DNA of 64,000 bases from Squalus acanthias (GCA_030390025.1 CM059431.1:117492001-117556000); one strand, 5' to 3'. Shown: positions 1 to 13,933, counted from the stretch's first letter. Translations and numbers: made by a program. Notes: generated by a model not told the origin, from the letters alone.

Positions 1-596
1 AAGACACACAAGTTTCCACGCTACAAACTATTCCTGACTTACCCCAGGGTAAGATTTTCCCTTAAAAAACTCTAAACCCTACCTCTAAGGAAGAAAAATC
101 GGGTACTCACCTGATAGAATCCAATACGCACCTTACTGCATCTGCGGACAGACCCAAACTGACCTGGAGTGCAGCTGAAGTCTTCCACCACGTCCGGGGT
201 ACGGCAGGCCCCAACAACCAAAAACCTCAGTGAACCCCGAAATCGCGAAATACCTCAACTGTCAAGAACTGTCAATTGGTGAGCATTATCCCTGATCCTC
301 TGGAATTAAACCTAGCTAGGCAGTGGGATTGGGAGGGATAATGGGTTTTGTATATTGTCATTCTCCCTCGCCTGTACCGTGTGTTCCCCAACCTGTGTTT
401 AAGCATTAAGTGTGTTTTAAGTTTGTTACCTTTTTCTTTAATAAAAGTCAAAACTCTTTCATCAAAACCTGTTGTCTACTGCATCTTTGTTCACAACCCC
501 CAAATAAGTCCAAAGTCTAGAACCCGGGGCGTGGGAGCGATTCGAACCGCTCACTGAGTCAGAGGTGAAGCTGACCCTACCACACCACCCCCTATA
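1..596 (+). mobile_element. 3' part (R/U5) of an LTR, distantly related to the LTRs at 32760-34168 and 60414-62095; truncated by window start
   Basis: GGTGAGCAT at 278-286, AATAAA at 440-445 and the block TAAGTCCA..TAGAACC..GAGCGATTCGAACCGCTCAC occur in the same order as in the reverse complement of the two other LTRs. Ends CCCCCTATA (cf. CCCCTTACA). Confidence 0.65.
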
Positions 597-3400
597 AGCC
601 TCCAAATCTTTTCTTTGCACAAAGTCCACTTGAGGAAACCGCTGCTCCTGGATAGAAGTAATTGACTTTGGTCTGGAACACCCGCTAAAATGCACCCATG
701 AATGGGCACAGAGGTAATTTGGGTTACATAGACACGGCTGAGATGAGATAAAACATAAGAAGAGGACCTCCCTCCTTACTCCTGGTGCCTTTTATTAGGA
801 GGATCAAAAATTATTACACTCAGTACCCTAATGTTACAATAAATATTACAATATCTAATTAACCAACTGTTAGCGTACAGGTGCTAAACTTAACTGGATC
901 AACAACCTCAGCAAACACAAATACAGTCCACAAAGAAAGGCTCACGCATTCAACAGAAGTTGTCCTTTTTTTAGTGAGTCGCTCCCTCTGTCCCCGTTCC
1001 TTCAGGTTAACAGCTGCACAAAAATAGTGCACACAGTGATATAGCGTGAGCGTGTTAAGCAGTTGTATGCCAACTTGCTGATTGGATGTTCTAAGTGAAA
1101 TAAATTAGGTTAATCCGGAGCACTATTTCAAGTGAAACCATTGCTGCAGGGCAAGTGGGATAGCTACAAAGAGTGATTAATAACTGGAATTATCTGCTGG
1201 GTGGGGTAATGGAAGCAAAAGAACTGGAATTATTAAATGCTGTGTTGGTGTACTTCACAGCCCTGATTCTGTGACCCATGAGGGGAGATTGAAAAGACCC
1301 AGTGATGGTGCAGGGCCTCACAAAATTGGGCCTTCGGTTTTTTTAATGGAATATGAACTAGGTGGCTACCTGGAACTACTTATTTGTGATAACAGCTTCT
1401 TTTTCTGCCACAAAGCTTGACATCAGGAAATTTGTGGTGTGCATGTCCAGAAATTTTAAAAGTGACAGGTCATATCTGCAAATTTAGATATTAGGAAAAC
1501 CATTTTCCTTGACCCAATTCAGGTCATTTTGTGAGTTGAATTTGATGCAGCTCCCTCCTTATTTACTAGCTTGAACAAAAACCGCCTGGAGATCAGAGTA
1601 TTTCACCTAAAAACAACACTCTTCAATGTATTGAAGTTACAATGTTCAGAAATTTTAAAACTCAAATCAAATGGATGACTACATTCCAGGATTCAAACAA
1701 TTTGGATATTTCCCTTCACTCTCAAGCCTGAAGAGTTGCTTGTTATCCTAACCTTAGGTCCAGACATTCAGAAGTCATGCATAACTAAAGACTGCTACTG
1801 AAGATCAAAATTAAAACTAAGACCACAGAAACTTTAGTATTGCAAGTAAGATAACTCTGGCTAAGAACATTTGAAAATGGTGAACTGTAGTTTTACTGTT
1901 GCATTGTTTTGTATCTCACAGCAGGGCCTCTGCTTCAAATTAATATTTTAGATTGTCAGTTATTGCGTGCGATTGATATTGTGCATATTCGTTTGTATTC
2001 AGCTGGTATATATACTTAAGTTAACACATGGAAAAATGCCCCGGGTCTCTAATATTGCACAGCCTCAGTAGGATTGCACAGCCTCAGTAGGATTACACAG
2101 ATTTTCAAATTTTGACTAATATTTCCTCATGCAATGAAATTATAAACTCATGCCAAATTACTTGATGATTTAAGGTGTAGTTATGACACTAATAAGCACC
2201 TTACGGTGATTTGCACTTTTTGAATATTAAGGGCTGGACACATCCGTAGACTCTCAATAATTCTTAATCGGGATGAAAAGTAATTCAGGCTTAATTCAGG
2301 ATTAATAATCACAGCTATTTTCACAGATGCAGTCAGGATGTACTTGATGATCTGCAATTGCTGCATTCATGCTCCCTCATTAGCCTCTGCAAGTCACCAA
2401 GTTCTACAAGCTAATATACTAACATACTATAATTATGAAGTGCATTAACAATATATATTTTAAGGTTTTATTTGAAATAACTTTTATGTCATTGATCTTT
2501 AAGATCTTTTGGGAACACACACACTGCACATCTAACAGCAGGTCAAACAAATGAAGTGCAAATTGCATATCCAGCTAAAAGGGATTTTATGTAGCAATCT
2601 CCATTTCTAAAAACACATTTCATTTCATTCACTGACTGAAGTGCGAACTGTGAATGTGACATAGTATAAAATAGATCAGTGTGCTATCGATACATCTGCC
2701 TTGCAGCTGCAGACCTAGTTACATGCTACATCAATATCTGCATGGATAGGACAGTCAATCCTGTGTCTTGCTTTGAACTTTCTCCTCGATTGAGCATCTT
2801 ACAAAATTCCAAAGTAAATCTGAAAAGACGCAATTGCTGAGTGCCTAACTGGTGCAGCCCTTACATTTATGAAAAGGTAAACTGATTTCTCAGAGGACAC
2901 GAGTCACTAACACCGCCACGCTGACTGGCATCCTTTGGAAATAAAGAGAAACAAAATGAAAGCATTTTCCAGTGATAAACAGGCAGTCTTATTGATCAAG
3001 CCAGCAATATTTAGTATCTCTTCCGCCCGCATAGTGCTTTGTGAATTTATTAAAATTAAATACATAAAAATATCTATCCACAGGAAGTTAATAAGGAAAT
3101 CCATTTGGACGTCAACTTGTTTTTTCATTTTCTTTGCCAGTGGAGCATGGATTTGATACTGCAGAGCAAGTTGTGTTGTCATTAATAATATCCCTGCTAT
3201 GTTCCCCTAAAAGATTGTGACATATCAGTAACCAACCACAATCAAGGCAATGCAGCAAAGAGGTTAACTAAAGACAAGGAGAGAGAGTTGATATCTAGCT
3301 CCAAGGACATGATTTCTTTTCAGTGGTAGCACACAGCACTTCTGCTAATAGCAATAACTGTGGTGCTTGGCTCCCTTTTTAACCTCTTCTTTATTTTCAG

Positions 3401-4059
3401 ACCATGCAGACACTGCGACAACGTATGAATGGACACCGCGCAACAATTGCCAGGCAGGATTGTTACCTCCCAGTCGGGGAACACTTCAGCAGTCAAGGAC
3501 AATCAGCCTCGGATCTGCGGGTAAGCGTTCTCCAAGGCGGCCTTCGAGACACACGACAACGCAAAATCATCGAGCAGAAACTGATAGCCAAGTTCCGCAC
3601 CCATGAGGACGGCCTCAACCGGGATCTTGGGTTCATGTCACGCTACATGACGTAGAGTCATCCAGACTCGAGTCATCGTTGGCTTGTTCATAGATGTGAT
3701 TTCCAGTAAAAAAAGTAAAAAGTTTAAAGTTTTTTGTTTTCCATACAGACTGCAGCATTTGACACATTAGACCCCCTGTGACCCCACCTCATTGTCTTAG
3801 TTGTATTTTGCTATGTCTTTGATATAATGCCTTCCTGACTGACCTGATTGTCTCTCTGCCGAGGTGCGATAAAAGGCAGTCAGAAAGATTAACTGTAGTC
3901 GTCTGACATTGTACGCTGCACAGGCATTGTTCTCTGTCTATATATGCTTTGCCGATTTGTATTCCTTCACTTCACCTGACGAAGGAGCAGCAGCTCCGAA
4001 AGCTTGTGATTTCAAATAAAACTGTTGGACTATAACCTGGTGTTGTGCGACTTCTCACT
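3401..4059 (+). mobile_element. 5'-truncated Penelope-like element (end of GIY-YIG endonuclease plus 3' UTR/pseudo-LTR)
   Basis: ORF 3404-3655 is nearly identical to the C-terminus of the ORF at 17610-18824. It shares the same 3' end (GTTGGACTATAACCTGGTGTTGTGCGACTTCTCA). 11-bp TSD TTTATTTTCAG at 3390-3400 and 4060-4070. Confidence 0.92.
3972..4009 (+). ncRNA. Minimal type I hammerhead ribozyme motif in PLE pseudo-LTR
   Basis: TCAC-CTGACGA-AGGAGC-AGCA-GCTCC-GAAA-GCTT-GTGA: core CUGANGA/GAAA, helix II GGAGC/GCTCC, helix I TCAC/GTGA, palindromic helix III. Confidence 0.8.
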
Positions 4060-7000
4060 TTTATTTTCAGTGGCAGAGAGTTGCTCTACCACCAGCAAAC
4101 TGGGTGAATTCGCAGTGCGACTGAACAACCACTCATTTATTTTTATTTTTCAGGAAAAGCGGATTTGCAACCGGAATGGGAGCCCTAGATTATTCTGCTT
4201 TCCAGAAGGACTCTGCAGCTGCTGCCTGCAACATCTGTCCAGAGCATTGACCTAGTGGGTTAATTGGTGATGGAGTAGATTTCAACTTTCGCCACCCCCA
4301 GGGGAAAAACGGGCAGTCAGGATTTTGCGCCGGTTACACACCCAACCTGATTTTCCTTTCCAATGAATTCAATCAAAAAGAAAATCAGGCAGGGTTTACA
4401 AAGGCTGGCCAGTTAAAATCTACCATGGGGTTTCCAAGGCCTGGCCCCATGACCAGCAGCATGGATAGCTGCACTGGGCTGCTGCAGGTGGGATGTGTGG
4501 AGATGGACATCTTGAACATCTTGAGATTCTGATAAGGAACCAGTTTTAAGCTAATGACATATGACTTGTAGACAAGAAGTACGCTGGTTGAGGGAGAACA
4601 AAGGAAACTAGCAGAAGATATTGTCTGAAGCGACACGGTTTCTAGAAAATGGTGAAGAACAGAGAAACAGGCTGGATTCCCCCTGTTGGCTGATTTATCA
4701 CTGAAACAACACAACAATTACACTTCCACCTGCCAATGTTACACCAAATTTTCCTCAGTGCACATTCATTAAATACTCATGGCAGGCTGCCAGTGCAATT
4801 AACACTCTCTATCAGTGGGGGGAGGGGGAGGGGTGGAAGAGAGGAAAATCTGCTGTTGCATTAAACATTAAACTGGCTGCTGCAGCAGAAAGAGTTGAGG
4901 CAGCAAGTGTGTGTCTATAACAATGTGAGTCACTGCCCTGTCTGAGGCGAGTGCTTATTCTCGGAACTGAGTTCACAAATTAAATGACTTTGATTGAGGT
5001 ATTATTGTCCATAATATGGCAAAGGAGGATCCAGCTTTCGAGCACTAAAGGAGGAAGGCCCACGAAGGACATAATCCAGGCCCTGTGAAAAGAGGTGGCC
5101 GTGTCAATGAGTGTCACTTTCAACACACCCACTCAATGCCAGAAGATGTTAACTGACTTCTCATCCAACACCACCTGAAAGGAGTAGATAGCTCACTTAG
5201 CTATTTAAATCGAGGTCCTATGATGTCAATAGGATTGTGATGCCATTTTGGGACTGAACTGGGTGGATGGTGCATTGCATCCGCCCAGCATCAGCTTGCG
5301 GTCTGGTCAAAGAGGAGCCCAGAACTAATTGCCTCTTTATTCTTGTGGGTCTGGGAAAAGCAGGAGAGTTCTTCCAGGGCCACAAAACTACACTGGGCCG
5401 CTGCTGTTCCTGTTCTCCTTCCCTCCTGAGATGGAGCCCACATGCTCCCCTGCACCCCACCACCCCGTCCCACCCCCACAAGGAACAACCTTCTTCCAGC
5501 CCGGAGGGTGGCCAGGCCAATTATTGCAGTGGCCCAGAGCCAGCAGGTTGCCTGGAGTGCTCAATTCTCACCCGCAGATCTGATGCTAATGAGATCCCCA
5601 CCCCCACCCACCATTCAAAATGGACCTGGACTCCTCTGAGACTATCAGGCAGCTGGCTGGCATGTTCCACTCAGGGGGTGGGGGTGTTGGGGGGTGGTGG
5701 TGGGGGGGGGAATCTACCCAAATTAATCTGTTTTGGGAATTTACTGAATAGCTTGTGTAATCAGACTTGAATTCATAATAGACGTCTTCAATTGTCTTCA
5801 GGGACTTGCAATTGTCACCTCACCAAAACAGATGTTCGGAGGTTGACCACATTGCTTGTAATTTACAATTAAATGAAGTCCTCAGCTTATTTCATGGCTG
5901 AATGCCCTGGTTCTTAAATGCTCGGTTTGTAGTTATTAGCTGGTGCAGTTCAACAAGTAGTTGCTTGGAAAGCAGGAAATGATCTAAGTGATTGTCACTT
6001 AGCCACAGTGGGTACAAATGTTGTATAGGACACAGAAATAGGACATACCTTCAGAGAGGTGTGTCGGTCGCAGTGTCCGTCAGATTGCTCTGGACACCCT
6101 AAATGCATTTTAACATCTCAAAAAGTCCTTTCATAATATTGCAAGTAAACTGGTGTCATAATTATAAACTTCTTAGCTCATTCTTTAAGAATTGATGATC
6201 ATGATACTCAGGCTCGACGGGTCGAATGGCCTCCTTCTGTACTCCTAAGAACTCAAGGACCACTGATTTAACCTTCATCTGAGCACTAAGCAGGACTGCT
6301 TTTTCAAAGAGCCAGCACAGGCACGATGGGCCGAATGGCCTCCTTCTGTGCTGTAAGTTTCTATGATTCTAAGATCTACTGAAGCCTGTTAAAGAAAATG
6401 TGAGGCATACATTGCTTACCTTAGTTCACACCAAAATTTGAAAAACTAAATGAGCAACAGAAATGTTCCTAAAAAAAATGCTGGAAATCCGTTACAAGAA
6501 CAGAAAAATCCCAAACAGGCACAACAGGTTAGTCAGCATCTGGAAAAAGAAAAGACAGTTTAATGTCTCAGGTAAAACCCTTCAGAACGTCGAAGAAAAT
6601 GTTCTTTTTCACCAGCCTTTCCTAAAGATTCTTAATACTCTCAAACCTCTTGAGCACAGATGATTAGGACAGAATGGATGAGGGATTGCAGATCACAGGA
6701 AGCTAGCAGATACAATGAAGGTGATATCCCTGGCATCATTAACGGCAGGGACATTTATTGAATACTATCCTTTCCAGTTATGTGATTTACCTTAGTGAAT
6801 GTATACACAGTTCAATGTCTAGTTAATCAATTACAGGCGAGTTGACTACGTTACAGCATTAGAGAACTGATTTTGGAATTGGTTCTGTTGTTGCTGAGTT
6901 TAATGGACTATAAGTGACATTGTGCTCTCTGGGGTCATAGTTTGTTATCTATCTGGTGCAACTGTACATGACTTAGAACTCTATATAATTGAGGGAAAAA

Positions 7001-7067
7001 ATCATCAGACAGGACTTGCAAGAAGCAAGAACACATAAGGTAAAGCAATGACCATCCTCACTGCCAC

Positions 7068-7270
7068 TGGGAGGGGAGGGAAGGAAGGAGGGTGGAAAGG
7101 AAAGGGGAAAGAAAGGAGGAAAGGAAGGAGGAAATGAGGGAAAGGAAGGAGGAGGAAGCAAAAGGAAGGAGGAGGAAGGAAAAGGAAGCAAGAGGAAAGA
7201 AGTGGAAGGAGGATGAAGGAAAAGGAAGGAGGAAGGAAAAAGAAGGGAGGGTGGGAGGAAGGATAGATGG
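7068..7270. repeat. Purine-rich (GGAA/GGA)-type low-complexity tract
   Basis: About 200 bp of almost only G and A. Confidence 0.95.
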
Positions 7271-7410
7271 ATGTCCCAAAGCGCTTTGAAGTACTTTGAA
7301 GCCAATGAAGTACTTTTGAAGTATAGTCATCGTTGTAATGTAGGAAATGCAGCAGAGAATTTGCGCATAGCAATGTTCCACAAACAGCAATGCAATAATG
7401 ACCAGATCTT
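7270..7410 (-). mobile_element. 3' fragment of DeuSINE (SacSINE1-like)
   Basis: Reverse complement matches the 3' part of the SINE at 59311-59745 (CCTACATTACAAC...CTTCAAAAGTACTTCATTGGC). Confidence 0.75.
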
Positions 7411-7479
7411 GGGTGAGAAGTTGGGCTCGGTAGCACCCACTTTTTGTGTACTACGAGTGCCCTTGGAGCTCCAAAATGG

Positions 7480-7836
7480 CATCCTTGCATCTCTGTAATC
7501 TTCTCCAGCCCCACAACCCTCCGAGATCTCTGCGCTCCTCTAATTCTGCTCTCTTGAGCATCCCTGATTATAATCGCTCCACCATTGGTGGCCGTGCCTT
7601 CAGCTGCCTAGGCCCTAAGCTCTGGAACTCCCTCCCTAAACCTCTCTGCCTCGCTACCTCTCTTTCCTCCTTTAAGACGCTCCTTAAAACCTACCTCTTT
7701 GACCAAACTTTTGGTCATCTGCCCTAATTTTTCCTTAAGTGGCTCGGTGTCAAAGTTTTGTCTTATAACACTCCTGAGAAGTGCCTTGGGACGTTTTACT
7801 ACATTAAAAGGTGCTATATAAATACAAGTTGTTGTT
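7480..7836 (+). mobile_element. L2 LINE 3' end
   Basis: Encodes the L2 ORF2 C-terminus (RSTIGGRAFSCLGPKLWNSLP...FKTLLKTYLF) and ends with a (GTT)n tail; same family as 48255-48612. Confidence 0.85.
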
Positions 7837-7839
7837 GAT

Positions 7840-8829
7840 GCTGCTGTTGGTGCAGGCGTTAGCACGCGCAGAGTGAACGTCCGCCAGAAGTATGCAGGGC
7901 AGGCAGATCATGATGTCAATCAGCATGCAATGCTAATTTGTCACCAGCCCTGCCATTTCGCAGCTCAACCAGTCCAGCCAACACCGTCTCTTAACCTTGC
8001 ACAGCTGAACATGTGTTAAGCAGCAGGAAGGACCCCCGACCAGCGCTATTTAAAGGGATCATCAACGACTTACAGGTTAGGTGCTGGTTGATTTCTTCTG
8101 GTTGTTGCTGTAATTCCACACGTTTTTGGTGCTTTCTATAGTTGTTTTAAGTTTTAAAAGTCTACAGGGAGTGGTGTGGCAGGTGCTGAAGTACTTTTTG
8201 CTGACTTCAAGGCTTCAAACTACTTGCTCCCAGTCATGGGTGCACTGGTAAACCTTCCTCTTGGAATAGAGCACGACTGGGAGAATAAGCAGTGGCCACA
8301 CAGAGCAGGACAAGCTGCTAGAAGAGGGAGGAGGAGAAGGTGGCGGGGGGGGGGGGAAGGACTCTCAGCAGGAGGCGATATCCGCCCAGGGTATTCAGGG
8401 AGCAATTCTCCTACCTGAGCCTCAGCAAGGAACAATGTGTGAGACATCTGCGCTTCACTAAGGAGGTCCTCACTGAGATCCGCCAACTGCTATAGCCACA
8501 ACTGCAACCACAGAGCAGGGCAACGGCCGCTTTACCAGTGGCTGTGAAAGTGACAGTGGTGATGAAATGTTATGCGTTGGGCTCCATCCAGGCTAGAGCT
8601 GGAGATATTAGCAATATCTCGCAGTTTGCCGTCCACTGTTACGTATGGGAGGTTACTGAGGCTCTCTATTCAAAGAGAGCTAAGTTCATTTCATTCCATC
8701 TTGCCAGAGACAAGCAGGTGGAGCAAGCACGAGGGTTTGCTCGGATTGCAGGGTTTCCCATGGTGCTGGGTGCCATTGACTGCACGCACATTGCTTTGCG
8801 GGCACCGCATGTCAACTCTGACATGTACC
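7840..8829 (+). pseudogene. Harbinger transposon fragment: upstream region and 5' half of a disrupted HARBI1-type transposase
   Basis: ATG at 8236, then frameshifted or stop-interrupted frames giving AVKVTV...GDISNISQFAVH...IAGFPMVLGAIDCTHIALRAP. Homologous to the minus-strand copy at 52.9-53.9 kb. Confidence 0.85.
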
Positions 8830-9000
8830 TTAGCCAGGACACCGGGGAGAACTCTCCTGCTCTTTTTCGAAATGACGCCACGGGTTCTTTCACGCACACC
8901 TGAGAGGACTGATGGGGCCTCAGTTTAACGTCTCATCTGAAGGACGGCACCTCCGACAGTGCAGGACTCTTTCAGTACTGCACTAAAGTGTCAGTCTGGA
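8830..9000 (-). mobile_element. DeuSINE (SacSINE1-like) fragment
   Basis: Reverse complement of the Deu-domain block GAGGTGCCGTC..CAGATGAGACGTTAAAC.GAGGCCCC. Confidence 0.8.
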
Positions 9001-9790
9001 CTTACTGTCGGCCAACATTTCAAAACCCGTTGTGATTCATTGTAAATATCTGTCATCGTTTTTTTACTGACATGAAGTATTAATTCACGCTCAGAGCTAT
9101 GTAATTATTGCAGCAGCAAAGTATCCTTTCAGAAGGGTGTTCCTTTCCTCACCGTGTCCTTTGCTCTCACATAATGCTTCAAGGAACCACATTATAACTG
9201 TTGCAGCAGCTATTGTTGCCGTTGTTTGCACATCCCTGCTGCTGTATATTATGGCACTATTATTAAAACTAAGTGATTCTTGGTCTAAATAAGACCTACT
9301 ATTAGCATTTGATTCTGTAGTAAAAATGTACACGTGTGCTCAAATTAAGGCTATTATGCCCCCTGATTAAGACCTCAAATGATGTTAGCAAGCCATGGTA
9401 GTTGAATTGTTTTGCTGGCAAAATTATACAGATAGAATATCTTTCTGGGCATAAAGTCAGGTGCTAATGGATTCAGCTGAAGAAAATAATAGGGAACTGA
9501 CACTGTACTCACGCACATGCCAACCAACCTACAGCACCAAGTAGAAATCCCGCAACATATGTCTTACAAATTAATGCATATTCATTTTTATGGGTATTTA
9601 TTTTGTAATCACATCTGATTTCATGCTAATATTAAACACTGTTTTGTTGATTAGAGACTAGGCTGAGGCTAGTTTTCAGCAACACGGAACTATCTTAAAA
9701 TTAATTGATCTCATTACAACTGGTGAAACTTAAATTCATTAATTTAGTGATTCTAATGATATCCAATGTGTAATGAAACTTGTAAACAAT

Positions 9791-10387
9791 GGGGTAAAAA
9801 TTGCATAGCGCTGGGCTGCTGGTGCAAACTGTGTGCAGGGAACGATCCCTACGCCGGAACAGGTAGGCCCGAGGACAGATCAAAATTAGGCCCAGGCTTC
9901 ATTTAAGCTAGACTGGCGAGCTGCGAATGCTTGCTGCCTATCCCCAGGCAGCTCGCCGGCAAAGTGAACATCAATGTCAGGCCACTGTGATGCCAGCAGC
10001 AGCCCTCATGCAAGTCCCAGGAGAGGGCTTTGTGTGGGCTATGGAGGGAGGGGTCAGGTGGCGGGGAGTGCGGCAATTTAGAGGCCTGTGGGGAGCAATC
10101 CTGCTCCTCCTGGCTCCACAAGAAGGATTTTCTTAAAAAATATATATATTTTAAACTTTACCGTAGAAGAATCCTGACCAATGCCTGCCCCGCAAATCAA
10201 TAACAAATTTCTCATAGGGGTCCTGCAACAGGCATTAGGCCCCTCATTAACATATTCAAGGAGCCTATTGGGCCACACAAATTTAACAGCTGGCCAAACA
10301 TCTGCGCAGATCCCACTGCTAAATTGGTACGCTCCATGCCCATTTTACGCCCCAAAAATTGGCGCAACACATACCAATTTCTATCCC
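9791..10387. mobile_element. Non-autonomous Harbinger-type element (MITE)
   Basis: Terminal inverted repeats (TIRs) GGGGTAAAAATTG / CAATTTCTATCCC; 3-bp TSD AAT at 9788-9790 and 10388-10390. Confidence 0.75.
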
Positions 10388-12289
10388 AATATTTCTAGTC
10401 AGATATAAACTGGCAACGATATAGACTAAAAGAGATAGCAAAGGAACCTTAATGCATTAACCAATTTATTCCTCATTTCAGGTTAAAATGCATGCAGCTG
10501 TTAATAAGTAAAGCTGCAGTTACTACTGAACAATTAATAATTTTTCAACCTTCCAATGGAAAAAAATAAATTAGTGTAAAACTTGGAATCAATAATGTTA
10601 TGTTGTACTTGAGACAGGCTTTGCTGATGAATTTCAGGATGAATCAATGAAAAGAACATGATTTGTAATGTTCTCTGTGTATTTTCTGCAGTTCTGTCTG
10701 CCTGTGTTGTTCCCAGTGGACACAGCCACACTGAGAATACATGCTGCATTAGATAAGCTAATATGCTTAATGTCCTTAAGGAACTGACCGCTCTCAACTC
10801 ATGGGGCTTCAGGTCTCATTCATCAATTGAAGGGGTCCCCGCTACCGGGAAGGGGGAGGGAGGCGAGATTGCTGCAGGGGAGGCCTTTAATTTTACATTT
10901 TCTTGTGAAGCTCTTCTGCTTCTCCTGGTCGCAAAAGGAAATATTTTACTCTTACAAGCTTATCCGCATGCCCGTCTGCTGGTCCAGATCCACTCCCGTG
11001 CTGGGTTAGCCTGGCAGGAGACAGCCTGCTGTTTCCCACTCAGGCCTCTAAGTAAATGATGCAAGACCTGACATGCATAAACTAATGCTTTGGGTGGGTG
11101 TTCTTGCTGCCCACGGTGAAAATCTCACAAGGTCAGCTCTAGGGCGGGTATGTGATCTGGGGGATTTAATTGCTCACCCATCAGGTTTCCGCCAGTTGAA
11201 TAGGGTTAAAATCACCCCTAAATACTATGAGTAGGCTTCCTACCGTATTCCCACCTGTACTGGGGAACCTGCTTCGGGAGGGGGAGGGGGAAGAAAAATG
11301 GCTGCTGCAGGCCTCAGGGACGAGGACTGTTGATGATGCTGTGATCAGTGCCACTTTAGCCCTTCTGCCCTCAATGCTGCTGCACCTCACATCATGCATT
11401 ACTATTGCAGTAATGATGGGAAATACGACAAATAAAGCACGATTTCCCTCTTTGGCATGGAGTTCTGGTGGAGCAAGACTTCCACCCGCCACTCCACCCC
11501 CGCCATAACCCCAACTATTTTCCTGAGTTGCGGGTCATTTCCCATGCGGGTCGGGCTCCTGGCACCAAGAGGGAGCACATCAGTGCAAGTCAGGGAAATC
11601 AGGCAGTGCTGCAACAGGACTGCTGTTGGATGCTCCACAAGAGGAATTGAGGGACCTTAAAAGGGGCAGAAGAGCCACAAAGACTCAGAAACGTACTGGT
11701 CCTGTAGGCCTTGCAAGACACTGAAGTCTACAAAGGTGTATGGATGTCTATTTGGTGGGAGAGGAGGTTGCTACCATGCCCTCTCCCTCCATTGACAGAA
11801 TTCAGAGCTCTACCACTGCTATCCCAAGCCGACTACCACCTTTCACCAGGTGATCCTGGGCAAGAGGGGTGGGAAGGATGGAAATGAATTGAAAAGCCAA
11901 GCCTTGTGCCCCTGCTGGCACTTGTAGACAGCGGGCAGCAAAGGGGCAGCTGGCAGTGGTCCCAGTGGAGGCAGGTAGAGGGAGGGAAATGGAGCTTGCA
12001 GCGGGGAGCTTTCAATAGACCTGGCCACCCAATTTTGCCCCATCTTCTTCCACGATTTCAGGTGGTCTTGTGGAGGAAAATCCATGTCAGCCCTACATTA
12101 CTGCCCAGTTTTAATGCACCTGAGCAAATTTAGATGGATGTTTTCAATGGCCAGAACGTCCCAGAAGTTGGAGTGATTGGCAGAAAGCCAAGCAGAACAG
12201 CTCCCTGCCTGCCCTAAATCTGATGAAATCGGAACATAAGATCCTGCTTCAGGTGGATTTTCTAGGTCATCATCAACTGACTTATTAAC

Positions 12290-12462
12290 AAATGCTACTC
12301 TGGGGTTTAAAGGATTAAATTATCAGGACAGGTTGCATAACCTTGGCTAGTATTCCCTTGAGTTTCAAAGGCTGAGGGGTGATTTATTTGGGGTACTTAA
12401 AATGATAAAGGGATTCAATAGGGTAGATATAGAGAAACTATTTCCTCTGGTGGGGGAATTCT
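12290..12462 (+). mobile_element. CR1 LINE ORF2 fragment
   Basis: Degenerate ...RLRGDL...LKMIKGF.RVD.EKLFPL, typical of the CR1 ORF2 C-terminus. Confidence 0.7.
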
Positions 12463-12466
12463 GAAG

Positions 12467-12842
12467 GGGTACGGTAGCATATTGGTTGTTACTGGACTAG
12501 TAATCCAGAGGCCTGGTAGTAATAATCAGAGAACGCGAGTTCAAATCCCACCACAGCAGTTTGAGAATTTGAATATTTAAAAAGGGATCTGGAAAAATCT
12601 GACCACAAAGCTGTTGGTTTGTCGTAAAAACCAAACTAGTTCACGAATGTCCTTTAGAGAAAGAAACTTGCTCTCCTTCGTCAGTCTGGCCTATATGTGA
12701 CTCCAGTCTCACACCAATGTGGTTGACTCTTAACTTGCCTCTGAAGTGGCCTAGAAAGCTATTCAGTTGTATCAAACCACTACACTGCAGCAGTTCAAGA
12801 AGAAGGCTCACCACCATCTTCTCAGGGCAACTAGGGGATGGG
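12467..12842 (+). mobile_element. tRNA-headed SINE with LINE-derived 3' tail
   Basis: A-box-like GGTAGCATATTGG and B-box GAGTTCAAATCCC (12537-12549). The tail CTGCAGCAGTTCAAGAAG..GCTCACCACCATCTTCTC.AGGGCAACTAGGG matches the LINE 3' ends at 42765-43095 and 57580-57760. Confidence 0.7.
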
Positions 12843-13173
12843 CCTAGGGGATGCCCAAAAGGGGCAACACAACACAAAGAAAGATGGTTGTGGTTGTTGG
12901 AGGCCACTCATCATATTCCTAGAACATTGCTGTAGGGGTTGTTCAGGGAAGCATCTCCAGGCCAACCATCTTCAGATGTTTCATCAATGACCTTCCCTCC
13001 ATCACAAGATTAGGAGTGGGGATGTTTGCTGATATTTCCACAGTGTTCAGCTCCACTCGCAACTCCTCTGATAATGCAACAATCCATTCCAACCTACAGC
13101 AGGACCTGGATAACAACCAGGCTTGGACTGACAAGTAGCAGGTAACATTTGCACTACTTATGTGTTCGATAAT

Positions 13174-13933
13174 TAGCCAGATTGTGCTGACGAAATAACG
13201 GCGAGGCTAATGGCGCTCGTCATTTTTTAATGAGTAAATGGTACAGCAACTTCAGGTGAGGGGCAGATGCACGGTTAAATACCAATATCCAAAAGCTGCT
13301 GTCCGAGTTCGCCACTCCATCATTAGCTTCATGAAAATGGATTCTCGTTGTCTGATTCAGCATTGACATGCATTGAATGTCAAGAAGCCACTGTATTTGC
13401 TCAGTAGATACAAACTAAACCTGCTGCAGATATTTAAGGCTAGTAATTAGTAGCGTAAGTATCCTTTTAACAACATGATAATTGGTATTTACTGCTAATC
13501 AACCTCTCCGACATTGAAAATTAACTATTTGAAGTGTGGAGTCTCATTCTTACAGGTTTTTAATTTTTTAGAGAGATTTTAAAAATGTTACCTTTTTTTC
13601 TTATTTTTCCTTTCTGTCTCTTTTTTCACTCTCTTAATCCAATCTTTCTTCCCCTCTCTTTATTTTTCTTTCTGTACCTGATTTGGCATTGAATTCACCC
13701 GCTTTAATTCACCCTCCTTTAATTCACCCTCCTTCTCATTCATTCCTGTGTTTATTTTCCAACCCTTATTGGTTAAGAAGATGTCCTGTTCACTCAGGTC
13801 CCAGATAGTTTCCCTCGCTGCGCCGTTATCAGCTCACACTTTGTGGACATTTTATTTTGAGCTGAGGGGTGCAGGGGCAAATCTAACTAATGGGAGATGC
13901 CTTTGGATGCCCTGCTACAGCAAAACCTGGCCT
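13174..13933. mobile_element. Non-autonomous Harbinger-type element
   Basis: Imperfect TIRs TAGCCAGATTGTGCT / AGCAAAACCTGGCCT; TSD AAT on both sides. Confidence 0.6.

Noticed and set aside
2054..2100. 19-bp tandem repeat ATTGCACAGCCTCAGTAGG, about 2.4 copies
   Set aside because: Simple slippage duplication with no spacers; not CRISPR-like.
6973..7514. ORFs over the purine tract
   Set aside because: Low-complexity artefacts.
10680..10790. Possible host exon after TTTTCTGCAG
   Set aside because: No recognisable protein similarity and no clear splice donor.
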